Assembly (NCBI GenBank): GCA_003241645.1
Contig: QFOX01000001.1
Location: 54,475-118,474, forward strand
Direction: 5' to 3'
Length of the DNA stretch: 64,000 bases
Origin: Azospirillum brasilense
GTDB taxonomy: Bacteria > Pseudomonadota > Alphaproteobacteria > Rickettsiales > UBA3002
The notes under the pieces were generated by a model that was not told the origin of the DNA, did not search any database, and was given only the letters and a program-made list of their open reading frames with translations. How positions within the stretch are numbered: position 1 is the first letter of the stretch; every line of letters starts with the position of its first letter. This document shows, one piece after another, positions 10,795 through 19,534 of the stretch. The position numbers and the translations under genes are program-made.

Positions 10795-11769
10795 ATGGCA
10801 CCATGGCAGTGGGAAAAACGTGGGCTGGTGTTCGATGTGCAGGCCCTGCCCAATCGGCCAGAATGGTTCGATGCGTTCGCGCAGGCGCCCAACGCCATTG
10901 TGCTGGATGACCGCGTGCGGGTGTATTTCTGTTGCCGCCCGAAGGCGGATGCTACGGGCATGTTCGTCAGCTACGGCGCGTATGTGGATCTCGACCGGCG
11001 CGATTTGACGCGGATTATCGGCATGGCCGAGCAGCCCATTATGGAACTGGGCGGCCTTGGCATGTTCGACGAATTCGGCACCTACCCCATCTCGACCATC
11101 AAGGATGGGACGGATGTATATGCGTATTTCGGTGGGTGGACGCGCGGCACCTCCGTGCCGTTCAACGTCTCCATCGGCGTGGCGAAAAGCAGCGATGGCG
11201 GGGTGCGTTTCGACAAGCTGGGCACCGGCCCCGTGCTGGGCCACGCGCTGGATGAGCCGTTCGTGGTCACCTCGCCCAAGATCCGCAAATACGGCGACAC
11301 ATGGTGGCTGATCTACACCGCGGGCATGCAATGGTTCATGCATGATGGCCGCGCTGAGATCGTGTATAAACTGCGCGCCGCGCATTCGCCCGACGGGCTG
11401 CACTGGACACGGCTGGGCCACAACCTGCTGCCCGACAAGCTCGGGCCCGACGAAGCGCAGGCCTGCGGCGATGTGCTGTTCCATGGCGGGCGCTACCACA
11501 TGTTTTATTGCTACCGCGAGGCGACGAATTTCCGCCACGCGAAAGACCGAACCTACCGCATCGGTTACGCGCATTCGGACGATATGCGCCACTGGACGCG
11601 CGATGACAGCAAGGCGGGCATCGATGTGTCGGCCGAGGGATGGGACAGCGACATGGTCGCCTACCCGCATGTGTTCGCGCTGGATGGTGAAATCTACATG
11701 CTCTATCTCGGCAACGAGGTGGGCCGCGCGGGCTTCGGGCTGGCCCAGTTGAAAGGCACCCTCGCATGA
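10795..11769 (+). CDS. Beta-propeller protein, GH32/43/68/130-like fold, function unknown (paralog 1)
   Basis: 324 aa. Repeated blade-like motifs: VRVYFCCR, IGVAKSSDGGVRFDK, WWLIYTAG, AAHSPDGLHWTR, GGRYHMFYCYR, IGYAHSDDMRHWTRDD, IYMLYLGN. Similar end to end to the next ORF. Confidence 0.6.
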   Translation: MAPWQWEKRGLVFDVQALPNRPEWFDAFAQAPNAIVLDDRVRVYFCCRPKADATGMFVSYGAYVDLDRRDLTRIIGMAEQPIMELGGLGMFDEFGTYPISTIKDGTDVYAYFGGWTRGTSVPFNVSIGVAKSSDGGVRFDKLGTGPVLGHALDEPFVVTSPKIRKYGDTWWLIYTAGMQWFMHDGRAEIVYKLRAAHSPDGLHWTRLGHNLLPDKLGPDEAQACGDVLFHGGRYHMFYCYREATNFRHAKDRTYRIGYAHSDDMRHWTRDDSKAGIDVSAEGWDSDMVAYPHVFALDGEIYMLYLGNEVGRAGFGLAQLKGTLA

Positions 11770-12737
11770 TGCGCTGGCAGCATCTCGGCCAGATCTTCCG
11801 CGTGGGCGAGCATGCGCTGGGCGAGGGCATTGTCAGCCATGCGCAAAGCCCGCAGGCGCTGGTGATGGGTGATCGCGTGCGCATCTATTTTTCGACGCGC
11901 CGCCAATCGGCCGATGGCAAATTCCTCAGCACCGTGCGCTACGCCGAGTTCGACAAAACCTTTGCCGCGCCCCTGCACGTCGCGACGCATGAGGTGATCG
12001 CCCCCGGCGCGCTCGGCACCTTCGACGAGCATGGCATTTTCCCCATGCATGTGCAGCGCGTGGGCGACGCAATGTATGGCTACACCAGCGGCTGGAGCCG
12101 CCGCAAAGCCGTGGACGTGGACATGCAGATCGGCCTCGCCATCAGCCGCGACGGTGGCGTGACGTTCGAGCGTGCAGGTCCGGGCCCCATCCTTGGGCCG
12201 TCGCTGCACGAGCCCTGCATGGTGGGCGACGGATTCGTGCTGCAGCAGCACGGCCAGTTCCACATGTGGTACATCTTCGGCACGGGCTGGCAGCATTACG
12301 CAGGCAGCGCGCATCCCGAGCGCATCTACAAGATCGCGCATGCGCGCTCAGCCGATGGCATCGCGTGGCACAAACCGAACGACGGGCAGGCGATCATTCC
12401 CAATGTGCTGGGCGACGATGAATGCCAGGCCCTGCCCACGGTGCTGCACATTGGCGGGCGCTACCACATGCTGTTCTGCTACCGCTACGCGTCGGATTTC
12501 CGCAGCAACCCGGCGCGCGGCTACCGGCTTGGCTACGCGCATTCCACCGACCTGCTGCACTGGACGCGCGACGACGCGGCGCTTGGCTTCACGCCGAGTG
12601 GGCATGGCTGGGACAGCAGCATGCAGTGCTACCCGCATCTGTTCGCGTGGGACAAGGATGTGTATCTGCTGTATAACGGCAATCATTTCGGGCGCGAGGG
12701 ATTCGGCCTCGCCCGGCTGGAGGGGATCGATGACTAA
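11766..12737 (+). CDS. Beta-propeller protein, GH32/43/68/130-like fold, function unknown (paralog 2)
   Basis: 323 aa. Matching motifs: VRIYFSTR, IGLAISRDGGVTFER, FHMWYIFG, ARSADGIAWHK, GGRYHMLFCYR, LGYAHSTDLLHWTRDD, VYLLYNGN. ATGA overlap with the upstream gene. Confidence 0.6.
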   Translation: MMRWQHLGQIFRVGEHALGEGIVSHAQSPQALVMGDRVRIYFSTRRQSADGKFLSTVRYAEFDKTFAAPLHVATHEVIAPGALGTFDEHGIFPMHVQRVGDAMYGYTSGWSRRKAVDVDMQIGLAISRDGGVTFERAGPGPILGPSLHEPCMVGDGFVLQQHGQFHMWYIFGTGWQHYAGSAHPERIYKIAHARSADGIAWHKPNDGQAIIPNVLGDDECQALPTVLHIGGRYHMLFCYRYASDFRSNPARGYRLGYAHSTDLLHWTRDDAALGFTPSGHGWDSSMQCYPHLFAWDKDVYLLYNGNHFGREGFGLARLEGIDD

Positions 12738-13470
12738 CGCGACGCGCGACTACAACGCCGAACAGCAGGACAATGCGCGGCTCTACCATTATGGCTTCGA
12801 CGTGGACGTGATGCACCCGTTCATGCTGCGCAGCTTCGCGCCGTTCTTCCGGCCCGGCAATTGCCTCGAGCTGGGCTGCCACAAAGGCCAGTTCACGCAG
12901 CGCCTGCGCACGCATTTTGCGCCTGAGCACATCACCTGCGTGGAGGCTTCGTCCGACGCGTTGGCGGAAGCCAAACGCGCACATCCCGAAGTCACGTTCC
13001 ACCACAGCACGTTCGAGCAGGTGACGCTACCCACGCGCTACGACAACATCGTGATGACGCATGTACTCGAACATCTGTCGGACCCCGTTTCGGTGCTGCA
13101 GCGCGTGCGCAACGAATGGCTGGCCGACGATGGCTATTTCTTCCTCGTCTGCCCGAATGCGAACGCGCCGTCGCGGCAGATCGCGGTGAAAATGGGGCTG
13201 ATTTCGCACAACGCTGCCGTTACCCCGGCCGAAGCCGAGCATGGCCATTACGTCACCTACTCGCTGGATACGCTGGAGCGCGACGTGCGCGCCGCCGGCC
13301 TGCAGGTGGTGCAGCGCGGCGGTATCTTCTTCAAGGCACTGGCCAATTTCCAGTGGGACCGCCTGCTGCAGACCGACATCATCTCGAAAGAATACCTCGA
13401 AGGCTGCTACCAGCTTGGCCAGATCTACCCGGATCTGTGCTCAAGTATTTTTCTGCTTTGCAGAAAATAG
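12730..13470 (+). CDS. Class I SAM-dependent methyltransferase
   Basis: I use the ATG at 12730 (MTNATRDYNAEQQ...). Motif I-like CLELGCHKGQFT, then IVMTHVLEHLSDP and GYFFLVCPN. The track ORF start at 12172 lies out of frame inside the previous gene. 8-nt overlap with the upstream gene. Confidence 0.8.
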   Translation: MTNATRDYNAEQQDNARLYHYGFDVDVMHPFMLRSFAPFFRPGNCLELGCHKGQFTQRLRTHFAPEHITCVEASSDALAEAKRAHPEVTFHHSTFEQVTLPTRYDNIVMTHVLEHLSDPVSVLQRVRNEWLADDGYFFLVCPNANAPSRQIAVKMGLISHNAAVTPAEAEHGHYVTYSLDTLERDVRAAGLQVVQRGGIFFKALANFQWDRLLQTDIISKEYLEGCYQLGQIYPDLCSSIFLLCRK

Positions 13471-13493
13471 AGTGAGTGACGCGTTGCCGCGTT

Positions 13494-13594
13494 GAAGGGG
13501 GGCGGTGCCACCCCCTTACGCTCGTTGCACTCGCTATCCCCCCTCGCGCGGCGGCTCGCCCTTCGGGCTACGCACCGACTGCATGAACGCTGAG
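13494..13594 (+). repeat. Family-A GC-rich two-hairpin repeat, half element, intergenic copy
   Basis: GAAGGGGGGcggtgccaCCCCCTTA ... CGGCTCgcccttcgggcTACGCAccgacTGCATgaacgctgag. Same architecture as the copies at 32992, 33450, 51621 and 57546. Confidence 0.8.
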
Positions 13595-13607
13595 TATGCG
13601 TCCAAGT

Positions 13608-13637
13608 CTGTCACCCCGTCGTATGACGGGGTCCATC
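13608..13637. repeat. Family-B small palindrome (GTCAyCCCG ... CGGGrTCCA)
   Basis: ctGTCACCCCGtcgtatgaCGGGGTCCAtc. Related units occur at 30212-30300 and 61401-61445. Confidence 0.65.
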
Positions 13638-13798
13638 TTTGGTTCATGTTAGGTGGATGCCGTCATGAAGACAGCATGACGTTACAAGGAATGCATGGTG
13701 TTCGCCTACGCACCCATCCACCGGCCACAAAACTTCGCTTTTGCTTCGGCGCGCGCTGGCGTATATGCATGGCCAACGGATCATCACGAGAGTGCCTT

Positions 13799-14464
13799 AT
13801 GGTTAAGCAACCCACCCCCATCGCTACCCCCAACGACGCGCTGCTGCGCGAAGTGGATGACGATCTGCGCGCCGAGCGCATGCGCCGCCTGTGGCAGCAA
13901 TACCGCCAGCCTTTCTTCATCGTGGTAGGGTTGCTGGTCGCGTTCGTGGCGGGTACCAGCATCTGGGAACAGCAGCAGGCCAAGAAGGCCGGTGCGGCCC
14001 TGCTGAAGCTGGATGCGGGCATTCTGCTGCTGCAAAAAGATAAACCCAAAGCCGCGGCGGACCAGTTCGCCATGCTGGCGAAGGACGCCACCGGCGAACT
14101 GCGCGACGTGGCGCAGCTCTGGCAGGCACGCGCGCTCGCCAGCGCCGATCAGGCCGAAGCCTCGCTGGATCTGCTGAAAGGCATTGCCGAAAAACCTGCG
14201 GGCAAAGACCTCGTGTGGCGTGACATGGCGTGCCTGCGCCTGCAGGCCGCGAATGCGCAAGCCCCCAAAGCCTGCGCCAGCACCGACGCGTCCCCCCTGC
14301 GCGCCACCCGCCTTGAATGGCAGGCCGCTGTGCTGTGGAAAGACGGCAAGACCGACGAAGCCAAGAAACTGCTCGCCGTGATCGCCGAGGATAAGAACGC
14401 CACCAGCGAGCAGCGTGCCCGCGCCACCAGCCTGCAGCGTGCCCTTGCTGCCGAGGTGAAGTAA
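13799..14464 (+). CDS. YfgM-like membrane-anchored TPR-like protein
   Basis: I use the ATG at 13799 (MVKQPTPIA...DDDLRAERMRRLWQQYRQPFFIVVGLLVAFVAG). It has a single TM and then a helical domain. It lies directly upstream of bamB and der. The track start at 13505 would read through the repeat element. Confidence 0.6.
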   Translation: MVKQPTPIATPNDALLREVDDDLRAERMRRLWQQYRQPFFIVVGLLVAFVAGTSIWEQQQAKKAGAALLKLDAGILLLQKDKPKAAADQFAMLAKDATGELRDVAQLWQARALASADQAEASLDLLKGIAEKPAGKDLVWRDMACLRLQAANAQAPKACASTDASPLRATRLEWQAAVLWKDGKTDEAKKLLAVIAEDKNATSEQRARATSLQRALAAEVK

Positions 14465-15789
14465 TGACGCCGCGCGCCCGCGCCGCGCTGGCCTGTGCCG
14501 CGTTGCTGGCGCTGGCCGCCTGCGACCTGCCCAGCTGGATGGGCGGGCCCCGTGCCCCCATCAAGCGCGCGCCGGGCGAGCGCATGACCGTGATCGTGAC
14601 GCAGCCGAAGCTGGAAGCCGACCCGCTGGTGGCCGAAGAAGCCATCGAGCTGCCGGAACAGGCCGGCAATGCGCAATGGCTGAACCATAACGACGCCATG
14701 CTGACCGGCCATGCGGGCCTCACCGGCATCACGCAGGAAGAATCGACCAGCATCGGCGGTGGCAACGCCTTCACGCGCAACGCCGCCCCCGCGCCTGTGG
14801 TGGCGGATGGGCGCGTGTTCGCGATGGATGCGGCCGGCATCATCAGCGCTGTGCGCACCGATGACATCAGCGAAGAACTCTGGATGAGCGAAGCCGGTGC
14901 CGTGGAGGACGTGGACGACGTGCTCGGTGGCGGCCTGCTGGTGCAGGACGGCGTGCTTTATGCCACCACCGGCTATGGCAGCCTGCTGGCCCTGCGCACG
15001 CAGGACGGCAAACTGCTGTGGAAAAGCAAAGTGGGTGCGCCCGTGCGCGGCGCCCCGGCCTTCAGCGAAGGGCTGGTGATCGTGCTGACGGCGGATAACC
15101 AGACGCTGGCCTTCAACGCCGCGGATGGTACGCCGCGCTGGGAACATCGCGGCATTCGTGAATCGGCGGGCTACTTCGCCACCACGTCGCCGGTCGCCAG
15201 CGATGGCATCGTGGTGTCGGCCTACAGCTCGGGCGAGCTGTTCGCCATGCGCGCCGAAACGGGCAGCGTGCTCTGGGCCGATTCGGTGAGCAGCCAGCTG
15301 AAAACTAAAGCCAGCGCCGTGTTCAGTGGGATTGACGCTGACCCCATCGTGCAGGATGGGGTGGTGGTCGTCGTTAGCGCCGGTGGCGTGATGCAAGCCA
15401 GCGCGCTGCTGAATGGCCGCCCGCTTTGGCAGCAGAAGGTCGCCAGCCACCAGACGCCATGGTCGGCGGGCAACGCCATGTTCGTGATCTCCGATACGCA
15501 TGATCTTGCGGCGGTGCTGAAAAAGAACGGCGCGATCCGCTGGGCCAGCAGCCTCGCGCAGGATGATGGCTACGGCAAGGACATCACCCCGCCGCAATAT
15601 GGGCCGATCCTTGCGGGCAATGCCGTCATGGTGCTGGAGGGCGATGGCAGCCTGCGCGCCTACAAGCCCGAGAACGGCAAAGCGCTGGGCGTGTATGAGC
15701 TGGCCGATGGTATCGTCACCCCGCCGGTGATCGCGGGGGGCGCGCTCTACGTCGTCACCAAGGACGCGCAGCTCTACAAATATTACTAG
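14464..15789 (+). CDS. bamB: Outer-membrane protein assembly factor BamB-like PQQ beta-propeller lipoprotein
   Basis: 441 aa. Lipobox is LLALAAC. Repeated propeller blades (DGRVFAMDAAG, DGVLYATTGYGSLLALRTQDGKLLW, NAADGTPRW). Conserved position before der. Confidence 0.8.
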   Translation: MTPRARAALACAALLALAACDLPSWMGGPRAPIKRAPGERMTVIVTQPKLEADPLVAEEAIELPEQAGNAQWLNHNDAMLTGHAGLTGITQEESTSIGGGNAFTRNAAPAPVVADGRVFAMDAAGIISAVRTDDISEELWMSEAGAVEDVDDVLGGGLLVQDGVLYATTGYGSLLALRTQDGKLLWKSKVGAPVRGAPAFSEGLVIVLTADNQTLAFNAADGTPRWEHRGIRESAGYFATTSPVASDGIVVSAYSSGELFAMRAETGSVLWADSVSSQLKTKASAVFSGIDADPIVQDGVVVVVSAGGVMQASALLNGRPLWQQKVASHQTPWSAGNAMFVISDTHDLAAVLKKNGAIRWASSLAQDDGYGKDITPPQYGPILAGNAVMVLEGDGSLRAYKPENGKALGVYELADGIVTPPVIAGGALYVVTKDAQLYKYY

Positions 15790-15792
15790 CCG

Positions 15793-17034
15793 TTAGAAGC
15801 GGTATTTCAGGCCCGCCCCGGCTTCGAGATGCTGGTTCTCCGGCTCGATGAAGGTATTACCGAGCCCATCGTCTTTCTCGCGGGAATCGTCCACGTCCCA
15901 ATAGCGCACGAACGGCCCGAATTCGAGGCCGCGGCCCTCGCCATCAAGCTGGCCGAACATCACGTCGCCGCGAATGGCGTAGCCAGAGAAGGCTTCCTGC
16001 TCGTTCTCAACATTGTTGAGGGCAAGCCCGGTGCCCGCCAGCCGCGAGCTGACATTGCCCCAGAGCAGCGCGTCGAACTCGAGGTTGTGGCGCAGCGTCC
16101 AGCCTTCCATGGGGCGAACATAAGTGTAGCCGATGGGCAGGTACGCCTGCAGGATGCGGCGATCGTAGCCGCGCGCGCCGGTGTTCGAGTTCTTGCCCTT
16201 CAGGTCCATGCGGTAGTAACGGCTGCCAAGCCCGATATAGCCGTCGAGGTAGCCCGCATCGGTGACGAAGCGGTGGCCCACGCTGGCGCGCAGCTCATGC
16301 TCGTTCTCGGGAATAGCCTTGATGGTGCCGCTGACCGATTCGTAGTCCGACGAACCGTAAGAGGTGCGCAGTTCGCCCAGCAGGAAGAAATCCGGCGTGG
16401 TGAAATATTTGTAGGACCCGGTGAGCGAGAAGAATTCGCCTTCGGTTTCCAGATCGACCGTATCTTCCTGATAGTTATCGTAATAACCCTCGATGCCGAT
16501 GGTGGCTTCATCGCGCGGGGCGGCGCTGGGCACGACATAGCCGTTCTCACGCATCACCGGGGTAACGGCCGCGGGCGGCGGGGTATAAGGATCGACCGGG
16601 GCGGGGTAATACTGCACGGCAGCGGGGGCGGGTGCGGCGGCCATCGCAGGGGCCGGCACCATCACCGGCGGTGGCGGCGGTGGGGTATAAGCGACGGGGG
16701 CCGGGGCCACTACCGCTGCAGCGGGTGCGGGCGCCGCATAGCTCACCGGGGCATGGGCAGGCGCGGGCGCGGGGGTTGCCACAGCGGCCGGGGCCGGGGC
16801 GCTGAAGGCCTGCTGCAGGCTGGGGCGCGCAGCAGGCGCGGCGTGATAGGTCGGGCGGTAGGGGGGGTGCTGCCACGCACGGCTGCTACCCAGCGGGCGC
16901 ACGGTGCCCATGCCCGACGGGCGGTAGCTGGACGGCACCATCGGCTCGGCACCTTCGTTGGGGTCCCACGCATGGCCGAGTGCAGGCAGCAGGCCTGCCG
17001 TGGCGGCAAGCAACAGGGTGCGGTAGGTCTTCAT
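15793..17034 (-). CDS. Outer-membrane beta-barrel protein with long Pro/Ala-rich N-terminal region
   Basis: 413 aa. Signal peptide is MKTYRTLLLAATAGLLPALGHA. About 120 aa of PAPAPA-type low complexity follows, then alternating beta-strand patterns. It ends in GAGLKYRF with the terminal aromatic typical of OMPs. Confidence 0.6.
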   Translation of the reverse strand: MKTYRTLLLAATAGLLPALGHAWDPNEGAEPMVPSSYRPSGMGTVRPLGSSRAWQHPPYRPTYHAAPAARPSLQQAFSAPAPAAVATPAPAPAHAPVSYAAPAPAAAVVAPAPVAYTPPPPPPVMVPAPAMAAAPAPAAVQYYPAPVDPYTPPPAAVTPVMRENGYVVPSAAPRDEATIGIEGYYDNYQEDTVDLETEGEFFSLTGSYKYFTTPDFFLLGELRTSYGSSDYESVSGTIKAIPENEHELRASVGHRFVTDAGYLDGYIGLGSRYYRMDLKGKNSNTGARGYDRRILQAYLPIGYTYVRPMEGWTLRHNLEFDALLWGNVSSRLAGTGLALNNVENEQEAFSGYAIRGDVMFGQLDGEGRGLEFGPFVRYWDVDDSREKDDGLGNTFIEPENQHLEAGAGLKYRF

Positions 17035-17132
17035 GCGGATGTTCCCCTAAAATGTGGGGCCAGATAAAGCATTGCGTGATGCAAAAAGCAATCCTTGCTC
17101 GCCAAGTACGGAATTTGCTGTATAGGGGGCGC

Positions 17133-18503
17133 ATGCAATTCGTACCCACCATTGCCATTCTTGGCCGCCCCAACGTGGGCAAGTCCACCCTGTTCAACCG
17201 GCTGGTGGGCAAAAAACTCGCGCTGGTGGATGACCAGCCGGGGGTCACCCGCGACCGCCGCTATGCCGATGGCCGCCTTGCCGACCTGAAATTCCGCGTC
17301 ATCGACACTGCGGGCATGGACGAGGGCGACGCCGACGACGCGCTGGAATCGCGCATGCTGCTGCAGACCCGCGCGGCCATTGCCGAGGCCGACCTGATGT
17401 TCTTCGTGGTGGATGGGCGCGTGGGCGTGACCCCCATGGACGAATTCTTCGCGCAGGAGATCCGCGCCAGCAACAAGCCCGTCATCGTGCTGGTGAACAA
17501 AGCCGAGGGCAATGCCGGGCTCGCCTTCATTGGCGATGTGTACGCGCTGGGGTTCGAGCGCGTGGTGCCCATTTCCGCCGAACATAACGAAGGCATGGGC
17601 GACCTGTTCGAGGCCATGGTCGAGCTGGGCGTGGGCGCCGAAGAGCCGAACGAGGACGGGCTCGAATTCAACGACGATAAGCCCATCAACCTCGTCATCA
17701 TGGGCCGCCCGAACGCGGGCAAATCCACGCTCATCAACGCGTTGCTGGGCGAGGACCGCCTGCTCACCGGGCCGGAAGCCGGCATCACGCGCGATTCCAT
17801 CGCCGTGCCGTTCGAATACAAGGACCAGCGTTTCCAGCTGTTCGACACCGCGGGCATGCGCAAGCGCACCAACATGAGCGGCAAGCTGGAGAAGCTCGCG
17901 GTGAGCGACACCATCCGCGCGCTGAATTTCGCGGAAGTGGTCGTGCTGCTGATGGATGCGACCATCGCCCTGGAAAAGCAGGATGCGGTGCTGGGCTCGC
18001 TCATCGAGCGTGAGGGCCGTAGTGTGGTCATCGGCCTGAATAAGTGGGACCTCGTGGAAGGCGACAAGAAAGCTTACCTTGAGGATTTCCACCACTACCT
18101 CACCAAGCAATTGCCGCAGCTGGCGGGCGTGCATGTGGTCACGCTGTCGGCGCTGAAGGGCCAGGGCCTCACCAAGGTGCTGGATGCGGTGCTTTCCGCC
18201 CGGCAGGTCTGGAACAAGAAGATCGGCACGGCCGAGCTGAACCGCTGGCTGGAAGGCGTGATCAGCCACCACACGCCGCCGCTCATCCGCGGCCGCCGCC
18301 TGAAGATCAAATACATGACGCAGACCAAGGCGCGCCCGCCCACCTTCCAGCTGTTCACCAACATGGAAAAAGAATTCCCGGATGCGTACCTGCGCTATCT
18401 GGTCAACGGCATTCGCCAGACCTTCGACCTCGCGGGTACGCCCATTCGCGTGATCATCAAGGAAAGCAACAACCCCTTCGCCAAGAAGGCCAAGAAGCGC
18501 TAG
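17133..18503 (+). CDS. der: Ribosome-associated GTPase Der/EngA
   Basis: I use the ATG at 17133 (MQFVPTIAILGRPNVGKSTLFNRL). Two G-domains (GRPNVGKST and GRPNAGKST, DTAG twice, NKAE/NKWD) and a C-terminal KH-like domain. Confidence 0.93.
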   Translation: MQFVPTIAILGRPNVGKSTLFNRLVGKKLALVDDQPGVTRDRRYADGRLADLKFRVIDTAGMDEGDADDALESRMLLQTRAAIAEADLMFFVVDGRVGVTPMDEFFAQEIRASNKPVIVLVNKAEGNAGLAFIGDVYALGFERVVPISAEHNEGMGDLFEAMVELGVGAEEPNEDGLEFNDDKPINLVIMGRPNAGKSTLINALLGEDRLLTGPEAGITRDSIAVPFEYKDQRFQLFDTAGMRKRTNMSGKLEKLAVSDTIRALNFAEVVVLLMDATIALEKQDAVLGSLIEREGRSVVIGLNKWDLVEGDKKAYLEDFHHYLTKQLPQLAGVHVVTLSALKGQGLTKVLDAVLSARQVWNKKIGTAELNRWLEGVISHHTPPLIRGRRLKIKYMTQTKARPPTFQLFTNMEKEFPDAYLRYLVNGIRQTFDLAGTPIRVIIKESNNPFAKKAKKR

Positions 18504-18598
18504 CGGCACATGCCTGCGCCGTAACGGGCGGTATGAAGAAACAGTGAAATATCATGCCGCCACTGGCATTTGCGCACGTACCCCGCTATATGGCCCCC

Positions 18599-19534
18599 AT
18601 GACCGAGCCCGCTATTCGCATCCAGAACCTGCAGAAAACCTACCGCGACCGCAAATCCGGCCAGCAGAAGGTGGCGCTGCACGGCATTGACCTTGAGATC
18701 CCGCGCGGCTCGTTCTTCGGCCTGCTGGGCCCCAACGGGGCGGGCAAATCCACGCTCATCAACATCATGGCGGGCACGGTGGTGAAAACCGCAGGCTCCG
18801 TCGCCATCATGGGCCACGACATCGACACGGCCAGCCGCGCGGCGAAAATGTCCATCGGCATCGTGCCGCAGGAGCTGGTGCTGGATACGTTCTTCACGGT
18901 GCGCCAGGCGCTGGAGATCACCGCTGGGTATTACGGCATTCCCAAGGCCAAGCGCCGCACCGATGAAATTATTGACGCGATGGGCCTGCGCGACAAGGCC
19001 GATTCGCCCAGCCGCCGCCTTTCCGGTGGCATGCGCCGCCGCCTGCTGATCGGCAAGGCGCTGGTGCACACCCCGCCGGTACTCATTCTCGATGAGCCGA
19101 CCGCCGGGGTGGATGTGGAATTGCGCCGCCATCTCTGGGCGTATGTGCGCCAGCTGAACGCGGCGGGCACCACCGTGCTGCTGACCACGCACTATCTGGA
19201 AGAAGCCGAAGAATTGTGCGACGAGATCGCCATCATCAACCATGGGCGCATCATCAAGCGTGACCGCAAGGACGCGCTGATGCGCGGGGTGGACAGCAAG
19301 GAAGTGTTCTTCACGCTTGCCTCGCCCCTGACCGAGGTGCCCGCGTCGCTTTCGGACCTGCAGGCCAGCGTGCGTGAAGGTAAGCTCTGCGTGAAATACC
19401 AGCCCAGCAAGGCCGCCATGGAACAGGTGCTGGCCAGCGTGCGCGCGGCAGGCCTTACGATCCAGGACATCTCCACCCACGAAGTGGAGTTGGAAGATTT
19501 ATTTGTGGCGCTCACCAGCGATCAGGCCGCTTAG
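18599..19534 (+). CDS. ABC transporter ATP-binding protein (ABC-2/DrrA-like)
   Basis: Walker A GPNGAGKST, signature LSGGMRRRL, Walker B LILDEPTAGVD. The start is uncertain (18554, 18590 or 18599). No permease gene is adjacent. Confidence 0.8.
   Translation: MTEPAIRIQNLQKTYRDRKSGQQKVALHGIDLEIPRGSFFGLLGPNGAGKSTLINIMAGTVVKTAGSVAIMGHDIDTASRAAKMSIGIVPQELVLDTFFTVRQALEITAGYYGIPKAKRRTDEIIDAMGLRDKADSPSRRLSGGMRRRLLIGKALVHTPPVLILDEPTAGVDVELRRHLWAYVRQLNAAGTTVLLTTHYLEEAEELCDEIAIINHGRIIKRDRKDALMRGVDSKEVFFTLASPLTEVPASLSDLQASVREGKLCVKYQPSKAAMEQVLASVRAAGLTIQDISTHEVELEDLFVALTSDQAA

Noticed and set aside
12172-12729. N-terminal 186 codons of the 432-aa track ORF that ends as the methyltransferase.
   Set aside because: This part lies out of frame inside the second beta-propeller gene and translates to Arg/Ala/Thr/Cys-rich junk. 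The methyltransferase homology begins at the ATG at 12730.
13505-13798. N-terminal extension of the YfgM-like ORF (track start 13505). Similar non-homologous extensions occur for guaA (8457), der (16980), tadD (45137), cpaB2 (36702), cpaC2 (37555) and mnmC (32565).
   Set aside because: The extensions read through repeat elements or neighbouring genes and lack homology. Internal starts have better ribosome-binding sites or begin exactly where family conservation starts.
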